DNA from: Escherichia phage muut
Direction: 5' to 3' (one strand)
Length of the DNA: 64,000 nt
Sequence record: NC_052657.1
Shown: positions 54,207-63,646 of the stretch, one piece after another
How positions within the stretch are numbered: position 1 is the stretch's first letter
Layout: the number at the start of each line of letters is the position of its first letter
Position numbers and translations under genes: made by a program
The notes under the pieces: generated by a model
Told to the model about the DNA's origin: nothing
The model's input: only the letters and a program-made list of their open reading frames with translations
Database searches by the model: none

Positions 54207-54419
54207 TTAGTTGTTCCTGTACTTAGAGAACAAAGTATTGACTAACCAGTCAGCAAACAGTAATCCGAGTGTACCAATACCGTAACCGATAAGCATAATG
54301 TAAGGCACTGCCTTATTTTCATTACCTGTCATTACTTCAGGAAAAATCAAAAACACAATACCGTTACCAACGATAATCCAGAACATAAGAAACACAAACA
54401 TACGAAGCAACATTGTCAT
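54207..54419 (-). CDS. small membrane protein (70 aa)
   Basis: Two predicted TM helices. Confidence 0.4.
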   Translation of the reverse strand: MTMLLRMFVFLMFWIIVGNGIVFLIFPEVMTGNENKAVPYIMLIGYGIGTLGLLFADWLVNTLFSKYRNN

Positions 54420-54420
54420 A

Positions 54421-54603
54421 TTATTCTTCCTCCTTCACTTCTTCAACTTTACGAAGCATACGTTTATCAAATGTAGCTTTCTGTAGTTGTTCATTAACAT
54501 CAAACCACACCACTTCGCAAGTATCGTAGGTAGATACCATTACAGTCATTAACATTTCTTCACTAGCAAGACGTACAATATCACCTGTTTTAATATTTAC
54601 CAT
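54421..54603 (-). CDS. hypothetical protein (60 aa)
   Basis: Track ORF. Confidence 0.35.
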   Translation of the reverse strand: MVNIKTGDIVRLASEEMLMTVMVSTYDTCEVVWFDVNEQLQKATFDKRMLRKVEEVKEEE

Positions 54604-55007
54604 AACTCCTCCAGAAGTTTACCAAGTTTAGTTTTAAATTCATTATCCCACGCTATACGAACTATGTCAAGATCACCTTGTGCATTACGTTTTGTATCTA
54701 AGTAGTAACCACCATGCTCATAGCGGTGTTTTATATGCTCGATCAGACGTTCTTTACCACTCTTGGATAAATAGTCATCAAATTCCCCATTGAAAAGGTC
54801 TAAGATTGTTTGTCTATTATCTCCTAATTGAGTGATTCTAAAACTAATCAAAGATCCCTGTAAACCTATATCTGTTTGTTTAAGAGAAAACCCATGACCA
54901 AAGCCGCCTGTAACTATAACAAGCGGTTTTCCTGTGATAGAGCTTTTAATAACATCTTGCTTAGGTTCTGCCAAAGATGTTAGAAACTCTTTTAACCATT
55001 TGAACAT
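54597..55007 (-). CDS. hypothetical protein (136 aa)
   Basis: Track ORF with AGGAGAG RBS. Confidence 0.45.
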   Translation of the reverse strand: MFKWLKEFLTSLAEPKQDVIKSSITGKPLVIVTGGFGHGFSLKQTDIGLQGSLISFRITQLGDNRQTILDLFNGEFDDYLSKSGKERLIEHIKHRYEHGGYYLDTKRNAQGDLDIVRIAWDNEFKTKLGKLLEELW

Positions 55008-55112
55008 AAACTCTCCTGTGTGGCGTGGCTTTGCCTAAGCGCCGAAGGCGCGGATCAAATATAAGCTGAATTTATTACGCCCAGGTAGCCAGGGCGCATA
55101 AATATCAGAAAT

Positions 55113-55361
55113 TTACCATCGAATAACTATTCGAGTAAAGTTTTCATCGTAATGAGATGTTTCTGTATCAATAAAAGTTGAAAAACCTTCAGCATCCAAG
55201 CTAACTTTTACGAAAGTTGGATAGAGCGTGTATATAGCAGCTTCTCTGTCTCCATCTTTAGCTGCTCTTTCAATATACGCGTAGACGTTTTGTAAACTCT
55301 CTTTTGCTTTGTTAAGTTCTGCGTTTTCTGCCAGTTCTCTCATTTTATCTGCTACAGTCAT
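55113..55361 (-). CDS. hypothetical protein (82 aa)
   Basis: Track ORF. Confidence 0.4.
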   Translation of the reverse strand: MTVADKMRELAENAELNKAKESLQNVYAYIERAAKDGDREAAIYTLYPTFVKVSLDAEGFSTFIDTETSHYDENFTRIVIRW

Positions 55362-55630
55362 TTGTCAGTATCCTTTTCAATAAATCCTGTGGTTTTACAA
55401 GGCACACATTCATACATTTGTCCAACATCTGCAACTACCCAACCCATTCCACTGCAATAAGGGCAGATTGTTTTGTTCTCTTTAGCATACACAGCCAGAA
55501 GTCTTTCTTCTAGCTTATTGTAATCAGCAAGAAGAACATAATCCCCTTCTGGATCTGGTACAATATCACATTGACCAGCAGCACCTTGGCTGTACACCTC
55601 TAAGTCATATCGTGTAACCATTATTCCCAC
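55358..55630 (-). CDS. hypothetical Cys-containing protein (90 aa), paralog of 60765-60989
   Basis: Shares CDIV-DP-G-Y...DY..L block with ORF 60765-60989. Confidence 0.45.
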   Translation of the reverse strand: MGIMVTRYDLEVYSQGAAGQCDIVPDPEGDYVLLADYNKLEERLLAVYAKENKTICPYCSGMGWVVADVGQMYECVPCKTTGFIEKDTDK

Positions 55631-55839
55631 TCCGCAATCAGTTTTGGATTTTCTGCACGAGAATAGAATGTTGTAATGTCACCGTAAGTGTACTCTTGTT
55701 CCGACAGTTTTACAAGAGAGATCATTTCACGATCTGGAGTACCGGAGATCCAATCGAACACAGCAACACCCCGAGGTGTTACATAGAAACCAGATGTATT
55801 ACCCGTAAACTTATCTTTTGCTTTATATAATTTGTACAC
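55621..55839 (-). CDS. hypothetical protein (72 aa)
   Basis: GTG start with GAGGAG RBS; first gene after conserved upstream element. Confidence 0.4.
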   Translation of the reverse strand: MYKLYKAKDKFTGNTSGFYVTPRGVAVFDWISGTPDREMISLVKLSEQEYTYGDITTFYSRAENPKLIAEWE

Positions 55840-55906
55840 TTTCTACTCCTCATAGATAAAATCTATTAAAAACCTGCTATCAATCGGTACAAACAGTTTT
55901 ACTTTT

Positions 55907-55930
55907 CGTAAAAAACATGCTACCCTAATC
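55907..55930 (-). promoter_or_regulatory. conserved upstream element TTAGGGTAGCAT-N2-TTTTTT-N-CG (copy 2)
   Basis: Reverse-complement match to motif at 14971-14994, with further downstream similarity. Confidence 0.35.
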
Positions 55931-56046
55931 TTATATACCGAGCGATAGCGAGGTAGAGAATATTCCATGTTATACATGGAAAGAGTATATGTAATGTTAC
56001 TAACTCTATAACTAACTATATACTCTTTATACCTTACTTACTACTC

Positions 56047-56310
56047 TTATTGAAGTTCAAAGATATCCCCATCTCCATCATATCCATACTCTAACTCTCC
56101 TGTATCATATAATACAATAAAGTCTGTATCATCTTCAATAAAAGATTTAGCATAATCTACTAACTCTTCATTATCTTCATACCCTTCCAGGTACTCAATA
56201 CGACCATTGATACATTTAGCTGCAACAACTCCTGGGCCATTGCTTGGAGTCCACTCACTGTATACTCGCATACCTAATTCTTTAATCATTGTTTGTCTCC
56301 TCATAATCAA
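56047..56310 (-). CDS. hypothetical protein (87 aa)
   Basis: Track ORF. Confidence 0.4.
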   Translation of the reverse strand: MIMRRQTMIKELGMRVYSEWTPSNGPGVVAAKCINGRIEYLEGYEDNEELVDYAKSFIEDDTDFIVLYDTGELEYGYDGDGDIFELQ

Positions 56311-56506
56311 TGTAGTTGTAACACTTATTCTTTAAGAAATCTTCTGCTTGTTTCTTGTGTTTTAGAATGATGCACTTCTCTTTATTCTGTTCTACATCAT
56401 TATGTAGATTGTATAAGTTAGATGCACCATACAGAATACCAATTAACAAAAGCAAAAAGATTGCTGTTGATAACAAAAATTGTTGCAACTTGTTTACAGA
56501 CTTCAT
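56282..56506 (-). CDS. small membrane protein (74 aa), paralog of 61294-61503
   Basis: N-terminal TM helix; shared C-terminal block KE-C-I-LKH...AE-FL...C..Y..Y. Confidence 0.45.
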   Translation of the reverse strand: MKSVNKLQQFLLSTAIFLLLLIGILYGASNLYNLHNDVEQNKEKCIILKHKKQAEDFLKNKCYNYIDYEETNND

Positions 56507-56556
56507 AAACCCTCCTTATCGTTAGTACACATTGATACTAACAAGAAGTTAAGATC

Positions 56557-56733
56557 GTGTCAACATCTTTGTGTTAATTTTATCCACTGTTCACATTCTT
56601 CTTTTGTGTCGTACTCTACAGGCTTCCCTGTATCATTTCCACAACCATCTCCGAACGTAGCCCACCAGGAGAATAGAAAACAAGTTTCTCTTACTCTCCA
56701 CTTATTGGCATAGGGTACAACATAATAACTCAT
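56557..56733 (-). CDS. hypothetical protein (58 aa)
   Basis: Sub-cutoff ORF with AAGGA RBS; start overlaps upstream stop. Confidence 0.35.
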
Positions 56734-56981
56734 AAGATTGTGATCCTTAGCTCATTTTCTAAGGTATGTCTCACACACTCTTTGAAATTGTTATCAATAT
56801 ACACCACACGTACTCCATGAGGTGTGTCTTTACATTCAAACACATTATATACAGTATCAGATAAGACATGTTGTACGTTTACTTGTCCAATGCCATTTTT
56901 AACCACAACCATTACTTTCAGTAAACTTGTATGGTTTTTAACTTCATCTTCTACATATGCTACAACATCTTTGATATTCAT
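56730..56981 (-). CDS. hypothetical protein (83 aa)
   Basis: Track ORF. Confidence 0.4.
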   Translation of the reverse strand: MNIKDVVAYVEDEVKNHTSLLKVMVVVKNGIGQVNVQHVLSDTVYNVFECKDTPHGVRVVYIDNNFKECVRHTLENELRITIL

Positions 56982-57277
56982 GGTTTCTCCTGTTTAAGTA
57001 CGATATAAGATTGACGAGATTTCCATCGCCCTATCTTAACAAGGCAAATAATGCCTCTCTTTAACAGATATTTCATATCTTCGTCATAAGCTGTTTGCAA
57101 TTGCCACTTACTGTTAACAGGAAGAGAACCATGTACCCTTAAATGAGCTAACAGATACTTTCTTCGCTCCTTCCCATAAGGCAGATATTGCCATTCTTTC
57201 TTTGATACAGGTTCATGTACTTTACGATGCCAGTAAGTAAGGTGTCTTCTTTTATGTAAACCCCTATTCCTTACCAT
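56978..57277 (-). CDS. hypothetical basic protein (99 aa)
   Basis: Track ORF; Arg/Lys/His-rich. Confidence 0.4.
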   Translation of the reverse strand: MVRNRGLHKRRHLTYWHRKVHEPVSKKEWQYLPYGKERRKYLLAHLRVHGSLPVNSKWQLQTAYDEDMKYLLKRGIICLVKIGRWKSRQSYIVLKQEKP

Positions 57278-57516
57278 TATACCTCTACCTCCGTTACCCC
57301 AGGATCTCTAGTCCAGGTATAGTAGAGCATACCATCTTCTTTCAGTGCAATGCGATCACTTTCGTCTCGAAGATATAGGTCACATACTACGCGCAGTTGC
57401 GGATCTGATCCGAGTAGTTCTGAAACAATAAGGTCATCACCGCTCATACGAGCAACAATCACTGCATATTGACCAGTATCTGCATCAAAAATTGGTTGTC
57501 CGATGTTTAATTGCAT
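57277..57516 (-). CDS. hypothetical protein (79 aa)
   Basis: Track ORF. Confidence 0.4.
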   Translation of the reverse strand: MQLNIGQPIFDADTGQYAVIVARMSGDDLIVSELLGSDPQLRVVCDLYLRDESDRIALKEDGMLYYTWTRDPGVTEVEV

Positions 57517-57701
57517 TGTGTTGTCTCCTTATTCAGTACGTTGTTTTGTGCTGCGCACCAGCACTCATAAAAACCTTGGGTTAATGGCATAGTGTAGTTT
57601 CCAGAAGGATCTCTTTCGAGATCCCCATCTGCATAACAACCACTACCTAAGAACCATTTTTCAAAATCGGATAAATCATCCCAATCTACACTATTTTTCA
57701 T
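57507..57701 (-). CDS. hypothetical protein (about 64 aa)
   Basis: Start reset to internal ATG to remove 86-nt overlap with upstream gene. Confidence 0.35.
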   Translation of the reverse strand: MKNSVDWDDLSDFEKWFLGSGCYADGDLERDPSGNYTMPLTQGFYECWCAAQNNVLNKETTQCN

Positions 57702-57702
57702 A

Positions 57703-58161
57703 TTATACTGTCTTATACCCGACAATAGCAACCTGATTCGTAGGCTTCCAACGACCAATAATCTCACCAGAAATCTCTGTGCTACCATTTATGTATTGGT
57801 AATGGGTATCATCATGATTAACCCACGCCATAACGTCAAGAGTAGGGGTTTTGACGTGTACCAGTAGTGTAGCCCATTCTGGGGCTTCTTTAATATCCAC
57901 AGAATCTTGCCAATCTTCTTCGATGTGCCAAGTAGGTTCACCATCAACATCTGTAACGAAGAAACGAGCTTTCATACGTTTAAAGAACATTGGTGTATAC
58001 CCATGATCGCACTCTGGGATAAAATCATCCATCGTCTCGTCATAGGTGAAATATTGTCCATCTTTGTAATGAAAAGATGCACAAAATAGTTCATTACGAG
58101 CAGGAACATGCCATACAGCTACAAAACTACGACCATGTGGATAATGTTTAACCTCTTTCAT
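57703..58161 (-). CDS. hypothetical protein (152 aa)
   Basis: Track ORF. Confidence 0.45.
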   Translation of the reverse strand: MKEVKHYPHGRSFVAVWHVPARNELFCASFHYKDGQYFTYDETMDDFIPECDHGYTPMFFKRMKARFFVTDVDGEPTWHIEEDWQDSVDIKEAPEWATLLVHVKTPTLDVMAWVNHDDTHYQYINGSTEISGEIIGRWKPTNQVAIVGYKTV

Positions 58162-58176
58162 AGTTTTCTCCTTATT

Positions 58177-58521
58177 TTATTCAAAAGAATCAATTCGATT
58201 TTGTTCTATGTCAATTGCAGCATCTAAGATAAGTTTTAATGCTTCGAATTGCAAGTCTTCCTCTAAAGAGAAGACATATAAAACAACAGATTCCAAGTAA
58301 GACAGCACCCCAAGACTAAGAGTTGCAATTTCTACTCCTGCATCGGAGAAGCCTGTTTGCAAAATTTCTTTGAAGAAACGTTGTTTATCAACAATAGCAG
58401 ATAAAATAAGCGTTTTACGCTCGTCTGCTGATCGTACTGTGCAGTATATGTTGCTAAAAGAATCTAACCACATTTTGATCATACCTTGTCGGTACATAAG
58501 GATTTCAATATCAGCCAACAT
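58177..58521 (-). CDS. hypothetical protein (about 114 aa)
   Basis: Start reset to internal ATG 58521 preceded by AGGAGA. Confidence 0.4.
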   Translation of the reverse strand: MLADIEILMYRQGMIKMWLDSFSNIYCTVRSADERKTLILSAIVDKQRFFKEILQTGFSDAGVEIATLSLGVLSYLESVVLYVFSLEEDLQFEALKLILDAAIDIEQNRIDSFE

Positions 58522-58522
58522 A

Positions 58523-58711
58523 TTATTTCTCCTCTGGAGAAAGGTTTGCATTAACTTGATAGTAAAAATCAAAATCCTTGTGTTGATCGCACCATTCTTG
58601 AGCTTCTTTAAATGACGCAAATTGCATAGTGAATGTTGCCATCCACGTGTTCATACTTTTATTGAACTTGTCGATAAAAAATGTTTGCATTATTCCTCCC
58701 ATTTTATCCAA
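58523..58711 (-). CDS. hypothetical protein (62 aa)
   Basis: Track ORF. Confidence 0.4.
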   Translation of the reverse strand: MDKMGGIMQTFFIDKFNKSMNTWMATFTMQFASFKEAQEWCDQHKDFDFYYQVNANLSPEEK

Positions 58712-58908
58712 AGGCAGTATTCTGGAACATAAACCTCCTTCCCTTTGTTATTTACAAAGGTGTACTCCACAAATTCTGCTTTATATGTTTTGTTATATTC
58801 CTGTGCTGCTGGCACAGGACATTTTGTAATGCGCGTTTCAGTCCAACGGCGGTGTATAACCGCCTTGTTCTTTGGATCAAACGGATGTATAAAGTGTGTT
58901 TTACTCAT
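58690..58908 (-). CDS. hypothetical protein (about 72 aa)
   Basis: Track ORF, start trimmed to internal ATG. Confidence 0.35.
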   Translation of the reverse strand: MSKTHFIHPFDPKNKAVIHRRWTETRITKCPVPAAQEYNKTYKAEFVEYTFVNNKGKEVYVPEYCLWIKWEE

Positions 58909-59305
58909 GCGCCATTTCCACAAGATTTTTAATCATAGTTTCTCGACAGAGATTCCACATATCTGAAGCAACCATAGAAGCATATTCATCGGGGTTGGAT
59001 TCTGGTAAAACCTCTTTAACTGCTTCTGGCGTTGGGCTGCACATAGCAGGTAGTGCTTTAAGTGCATCTTCAATAGAGAGCTTCTTACCTTCACTGTAAA
59101 TAACTTCGTAAGCATAGTCATTTACATCTTCTGGAATATCTTGATCCAGGTAACGCACAGTCGAGTTATGCATTTTGTTCATAGCTTCACTAACACCAGC
59201 GCCACAAAGCTGTGCAACTTCTTTAGAGATACAGTCACAAATAACAACTTCGTAAGGCTTTCCACCATAATACTGCGCATTATATTTGATTTTAACAGAC
59301 CACAT
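58901..59305 (-). CDS. hypothetical protein (134 aa)
   Basis: Track ORF. Confidence 0.45.
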   Translation of the reverse strand: MWSVKIKYNAQYYGGKPYEVVICDCISKEVAQLCGAGVSEAMNKMHNSTVRYLDQDIPEDVNDYAYEVIYSEGKKLSIEDALKALPAMCSPTPEAVKEVLPESNPDEYASMVASDMWNLCRETMIKNLVEMAHE

Positions 59306-59315
59306 ATTACTCTCC

Positions 59316-60002
59316 TTATTTAACGTGTTTTAGCAATTCAATGTTAGCAGAATAATTTTCACCACAATTGGTAACGCTCAACAGTGACCATTTACAAGAG
59401 AATACACCTTTTAGATGATCTGGAACACACATTAGCGGAACATAAACTGTTTCTGAATCTTGTGTTTGCTCTGTTTTGTTAACATTGCAACAAAATGGCA
59501 ATACATCATCATGAATCATTTTACATTCACTCAAATTATCTAACATATGTGAAACTTGTTCTGAAGTTTCAAACATTTGTGCTTCACAAGCCAGCGCACC
59601 AACCACTTGATAAGCCTCTCCACACAAATCTTCTAGCTCTAAGATACGTTCAGACATAGCTTCAATGATGGCTGATCGTGCTTTCACCTTAGTTTCTGCT
59701 TCTTTAATTTTCTTCTCAAGTTCTGCAATGTACTTCAGTAGTGCACTAACAACATCTGGAGTATTTTCTTGATCATCTTGGGAAATTTTTACCAAAGAAG
59801 AAGCTGCTTTGCAGCGCACTTTAGGCTCTACGTAGCCAAAAGTCATATTTTCCGAAGAAGATTGTTGTGAAAACCAGTGTTTGTTCGAAGAAAACACAGG
59901 TTCATCTTCAAACCAGAACACATCTCCAGTGATATCACGAGCCATGAAATTTGCATTGTCTGGAACTTCGTAACGATGCCCTTCAAACATAATCTCTTTC
60001 AT
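59316..60002 (-). CDS. hypothetical protein (228 aa)
   Basis: Track ORF. Confidence 0.45.
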   Translation of the reverse strand: MKEIMFEGHRYEVPDNANFMARDITGDVFWFEDEPVFSSNKHWFSQQSSSENMTFGYVEPKVRCKAASSLVKISQDDQENTPDVVSALLKYIAELEKKIKEAETKVKARSAIIEAMSERILELEDLCGEAYQVVGALACEAQMFETSEQVSHMLDNLSECKMIHDDVLPFCCNVNKTEQTQDSETVYVPLMCVPDHLKGVFSCKWSLLSVTNCGENYSANIELLKHVK

Positions 60003-60586
60003 TACACATCCTCCATTTGGAACATCTCTTTGTGGTTAGAATAGATCTGTTTGAAAATCTTGTCAAGGCGTTCATATGATTCTTTATGCTCTTGTTTCCA
60101 TCCGTGATTTCGGATTTTATCTGCCAGATCATAAACCTCGCATAAAACTTTGGCAAAGTTGGTATTACCTATAGCACAAGCCTCAAAACCTTGAACTAAA
60201 CCCTCTACATCATACCACGTATAGTCAGAGTCACTAGGAGGATTCCCTGCATCGGCTAAACGTTGCCTCACCCATTCGATACGTTTTTCATTTAAATGGC
60301 ACTTACCTTCTCTACACTCTTGTTCTAATTCTTCTTTAGATTCGTTGAATGGGTGAAGGACAGGAAGTTCTGCTTTTTGCAATTGCTCCAGGTATTCACC
60401 TACAATGCGCATAGCTTCACTGTGTGTACACTTTCTGCCTGTGTGCCAATAACGGAAGATACTTTCTGTTAAACAGATGTTTTTACTAAACATCGCATTG
60501 TCTTTAACATTCGATCTATTAACCCAGTCTAAGTAATATACATAAAACTGCAATAATTCATAACTGCTTGGTATAATTTTACTCAT
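60002..60586 (-). CDS. hypothetical protein (194 aa), member of LLQFY/PFN paralog family
   Basis: Shares LLQFY...LHPFN...QWV-RI blocks with ORFs 61496-61864 and 63647-63997. Confidence 0.45.
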   Translation of the reverse strand: MSKIIPSSYELLQFYVYYLDWVNRSNVKDNAMFSKNICLTESIFRYWHTGRKCTHSEAMRIVGEYLEQLQKAELPVLHPFNESKEELEQECREGKCHLNEKRIEWVRQRLADAGNPPSDSDYTWYDVEGLVQGFEACAIGNTNFAKVLCEVYDLADKIRNHGWKQEHKESYERLDKIFKQIYSNHKEMFQMEDV

Positions 60587-60589
60587 AAC

Positions 60590-60763
60590 CTCTCCTTAAT
60601 TGTGAAAAATGTTATCAATCAATATGACTAATAATACAAGGATAGAAGGGAGTAGGAACAGAAATCTTAACATTATGTGATGCGTGTGAGAAGCGGCTTT
60701 AGCGCCAGCCGCCAATAAGCCTACTAATCCTACAATAAAGAGCAGTTGTTCAGGGACACCCAT
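60590..60763 (-). CDS. small membrane protein (57 aa)
   Basis: Sub-cutoff ORF filling gap; weak RBS. Confidence 0.25.
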
Positions 60764-60764
60764 A

Positions 60765-60989
60765 TTATGGAACACTTGGATACTCCGTAAGTTCGGCTAA
60801 TAGTTGGATATGTGGACACGTGAATTGTTGTCCTGGATAGCGTGAGCTAATATCATCCAGTAAAGCAATCACAGCATTGTGCAATGCTTCGTAATCCTCA
60901 TAATACACCATCTCTCCATTAGGATCTTCAACAATATCACAGTGACAAGCGTGAGCAGTACACGCATCCCATTCCAGACGTTTTACCAT
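60765..60989 (-). CDS. hypothetical Cys-containing protein (74 aa), paralog of 55358-55630
   Basis: Shared CDIVEDPNGEMVYYEDYEAL block. Confidence 0.45.
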   Translation of the reverse strand: MVKRLEWDACTAHACHCDIVEDPNGEMVYYEDYEALHNAVIALLDDISSRYPGQQFTCPHIQLLAELTEYPSVP

Positions 60990-61035
60990 AAACCCTCCTA
61001 TTTATATATCAAGAAACACAAAAGAATAACATCTA

Positions 61036-61284
61036 TCACCAAACCGTTACTACTCCGGTACGTAGCGTCTCTTCATGTCCCCAAATATCCGCTTCAATTG
61101 TAATTACAACCCACTCCGTGTTCCACTGAATACCAGTGATCTCTGTGAGATGTGCAGCTTCACGTTGTAGTGAGGCTGTGTCTGTAAGAGACGCACGTAA
61201 AGCATCCAATTCTTGTTCAATTTTGGTACGTTCTTCTTCGGTAATCGGTGTACCAACACGATCAAAGGTAAAAATATCTAACAT
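61036..61284 (-). CDS. hypothetical protein (82 aa)
   Basis: Track ORF. Confidence 0.4.
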   Translation of the reverse strand: MLDIFTFDRVGTPITEEERTKIEQELDALRASLTDTASLQREAAHLTEITGIQWNTEWVVITIEADIWGHEETLRTGVVTVW

Positions 61285-61293
61285 ACTTCCCTC

Positions 61294-61503
61294 CTAATTA
61301 TAATTCACATAGCGCCCACAATCCTGTTCAAGAAATTTTTCAGCATCCCTTTGGTGCTTTAACACGATGCACTGTTCTTTTTTAGCTTCACTTTCACGAG
61401 CTTCTCTTGCCATATACTCACCTAAACGAATGATACTAGAGAATAACACGTATGCAAGAATAAGACAAACAGTGATTGCACAGAAAGTTTTAAACTTAAC
61501 CAT
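61294..61503 (-). CDS. small membrane protein (about 69 aa), paralog of 56282-56506
   Basis: Start reset to ATG 61503 (GGAGGA RBS); TM helix plus shared C-terminal block. Confidence 0.45.
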   Translation of the reverse strand: MVKFKTFCAITVCLILAYVLFSSIIRLGEYMAREARESEAKKEQCIVLKHQRDAEKFLEQDCGRYVNYN

Positions 61504-61864
61504 TGTATTCCTCCATATCACGAATACGATCAATCACCCATTGTACACGTTCTTTATTAAGGTGTGCAATGCCTAGTTCTGTTTCCGTAAAGTAGTGCGA
61601 GAAATCCGTATTAAACGGATGTAAATGGTTCAAACCCGCTTTCTTAAATTGTTCCTTCATTTCCTCTCGTACAGAGGATTGGAGCTTTGATACATTCTCA
61701 ACATCTTTTATCCAAGCAATATTGTACAAGAAGTCTACAAGACACGTGCAAAGACCATAATGCTTTTTGCTAAAGTTTGTATCTTCTTGTTCTAACCACC
61801 ACTCATAAAATTGTAGCAAATAGGGGCTGCTTTTCATGCTACACACTTTACTATTCTCTTGCAT
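61496..61864 (-). CDS. hypothetical protein (122 aa), LLQFY/PFN paralog family
   Basis: Shares blocks with 60002-60586 and 63647-63997. Confidence 0.45.
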   Translation of the reverse strand: MQENSKVCSMKSSPYLLQFYEWWLEQEDTNFSKKHYGLCTCLVDFLYNIAWIKDVENVSKLQSSVREEMKEQFKKAGLNHLHPFNTDFSHYFTETELGIAHLNKERVQWVIDRIRDMEEYNG

Positions 61865-61873
61865 GACTTCTCC

Positions 61874-62173
61874 TTAATACCAGTCTACGATCACTGAATC
61901 TACAAAGCCCTCTTTGGTGTTTAAAGCATACACCTTACTAAGCCCATGCTCTCGTAGTGCTTCCATAGCAAGATCAATCAAATCAACTTGTCGTTTCTTT
62001 GCTTGTTCATTTTTTGGATAGTCATCCAAACCGAAAACAGATGGTTTAAATGCTTTGGAGTATTTGCCAGTCTTAGCCTGATCATAACAGTCCTGAATAA
62101 TTTCCTCAATAGGAAACCATAAACCTTCTCCACTTTGCTTTGCAATACAGCGCAGTTTTTCTGTAATAGTCAT
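61874..62173 (-). CDS. hypothetical protein (99 aa)
   Basis: Track ORF. Confidence 0.4.
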   Translation of the reverse strand: MTITEKLRCIAKQSGEGLWFPIEEIIQDCYDQAKTGKYSKAFKPSVFGLDDYPKNEQAKKRQVDLIDLAMEALREHGLSKVYALNTKEGFVDSVIVDWY

Positions 62174-62382
62174 TCTTCCTCTCCTTTCAATTTACACTCA
62201 AAGATACCATTCTTAATGTTATCTGTCAAATAAAGGCTATCTTCTATCTCTTCTTTTGTATACACATAAGCCTCCTTTTCCACGTCTGTCAGACCTTGCA
62301 TCGGAGCTAGTAGCCACCAACCCCGCCAGTCAAACATAGGAGACTTATCAGATACACGAAGAATGTATCTGTCATTACACAT
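62170..62382 (-). CDS. hypothetical protein (70 aa)
   Basis: Track ORF. Confidence 0.4.
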   Translation of the reverse strand: MCNDRYILRVSDKSPMFDWRGWWLLAPMQGLTDVEKEAYVYTKEEIEDSLYLTDNIKNGIFECKLKGEEE

Positions 62383-62385
62383 ATA

Positions 62386-62838
62386 TTATACGATGTTCAC
62401 ACTAATATCTGCAACACCAACAAGAGAATAGACTTCAACTACACTCTGTGTACGATCCAGCTTGTAACGTTTCGCCTCTTTTTCAACTTCCTCACGGGAG
62501 ATGGTTTCCATGATCGGAACTCCATCAACTACAAGCAGGTATTTTTCTTCGTGTTTACTTTTTGGTGCTTCCTCTAAGACTTCTACAAAATACTCAAACT
62601 CACTTTTTACGAGCAACGTGTAACACTGAAGAAAGTCTCCTTCATTTTGAGCGATAATTTCTTGTTCTCCTGCTAAGGATTGCAAAGCAGTGACACCATA
62701 CCAATCATCCACATCTAATACACGAAAATAGGAATCACCTAAAAAAGAAGCAATCCTGCTATTGCACTCAGACATATTAGCAAACTTACGGATATAAGAT
62801 GGGTTTTTAAAACGATACACTTTACCAATTTCAAACAT
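62386..62838 (-). CDS. hypothetical protein (150 aa)
   Basis: Track ORF with AAGGAG RBS. Confidence 0.45.
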   Translation of the reverse strand: MFEIGKVYRFKNPSYIRKFANMSECNSRIASFLGDSYFRVLDVDDWYGVTALQSLAGEQEIIAQNEGDFLQCYTLLVKSEFEYFVEVLEEAPKSKHEEKYLLVVDGVPIMETISREEVEKEAKRYKLDRTQSVVEVYSLVGVADISVNIV

Positions 62839-62859
62839 TACACAACTCCTTATTGTTCA

Positions 62860-63027
62860 AGAGTAAAAGGAATGATTTCACCATAGCTGTATTGCATGGC
62901 ATTCACTTCTGCTTCTGCACGTTGTGCTAGTTCTAATGTTGCACAGATTTTATAAGGTACAGTGCTGCATTGGCTCCAGCCTGGGGGTATTCTTTGTTAC
63001 TAAGTACACAGTAGTTTGTTTATCCAT
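62860..63027 (-). pseudogene. small gene interrupted by +1 frame change at a C5 homopolymer
   Basis: ATG 63027 with AGAGGA RBS opens a 25-codon frame; a 44-codon frame continues in +1 register; junction at CCCCC 62984-62988. Confidence 0.35.
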
Positions 63028-63041
63028 CTTCTTTTCCTCTT

Positions 63042-63257
63042 TTAAACAGTATATTCGTGTGGAAGGAAAACATAGTCTTCTCCTTCAACAACATCAACTA
63101 CTTCCCACTTCCAGCCAGGTACTTGGCTCATTGTCTTGAATGACACATAAGCAACTCCGCTGTAAGCGATATCGGCATCTAACATAAGAGGGAAAGCAAC
63201 GTGTGTCAACCCCAGATAACCACAATTATTTTCAATACACACCTGAATGCTTTTCAT
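63042..63257 (-). CDS. hypothetical protein (about 71 aa)
   Basis: Start reset to internal ATG 63257 (GGAG RBS) to remove overlap. Confidence 0.4.
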   Translation of the reverse strand: MKSIQVCIENNCGYLGLTHVAFPLMLDADIAYSGVAYVSFKTMSQVPGWKWEVVDVVEGEDYVFLPHEYTV

Positions 63258-63258
63258 G

Positions 63259-63576
63259 TTATGCTCCATTAAAGACGGGGCGCGTAGCGTTACGTTCATC
63301 ATCAACTGTAATAAGGTTTTTCATAACCATAACACCCTGAATATAGCCTAGCCAACGATGGCGTTTGGTTTCAGACATACCATTACACCCATCCTGAATT
63401 TCATTCAACATCCACAGTAAGTGGGAAACACCTGTTTCACTAGTATCTGGATCTTCTACAGAACTAAGCATAGTTTCATAGCGTTCACAAATTTCTGGGT
63501 AGAATTCATAGTCCTGTTGTACATCTCGCATTTCTCGAATGGAGTGAGGATCAATATACAAAGCTAAGGTTCTCAT
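63259..63576 (-). CDS. hypothetical protein (105 aa)
   Basis: Track ORF. Confidence 0.4.
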   Translation of the reverse strand: MRTLALYIDPHSIREMRDVQQDYEFYPEICERYETMLSSVEDPDTSETGVSHLLWMLNEIQDGCNGMSETKRHRWLGYIQGVMVMKNLITVDDERNATRPVFNGA

Positions 63577-63646
63577 TTACACCTCTCATTAGTAGTTTGT
63601 TATGCGCGATATTGCATATCTTATGGAACACAGTGTACAGACATTT

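Noticed and set aside
56480-56713. Plus-strand track ORF 56480-56713
   Set aside because: Antisense to an RBS-preceded minus-strand small ORF in a uniformly minus-strand block.
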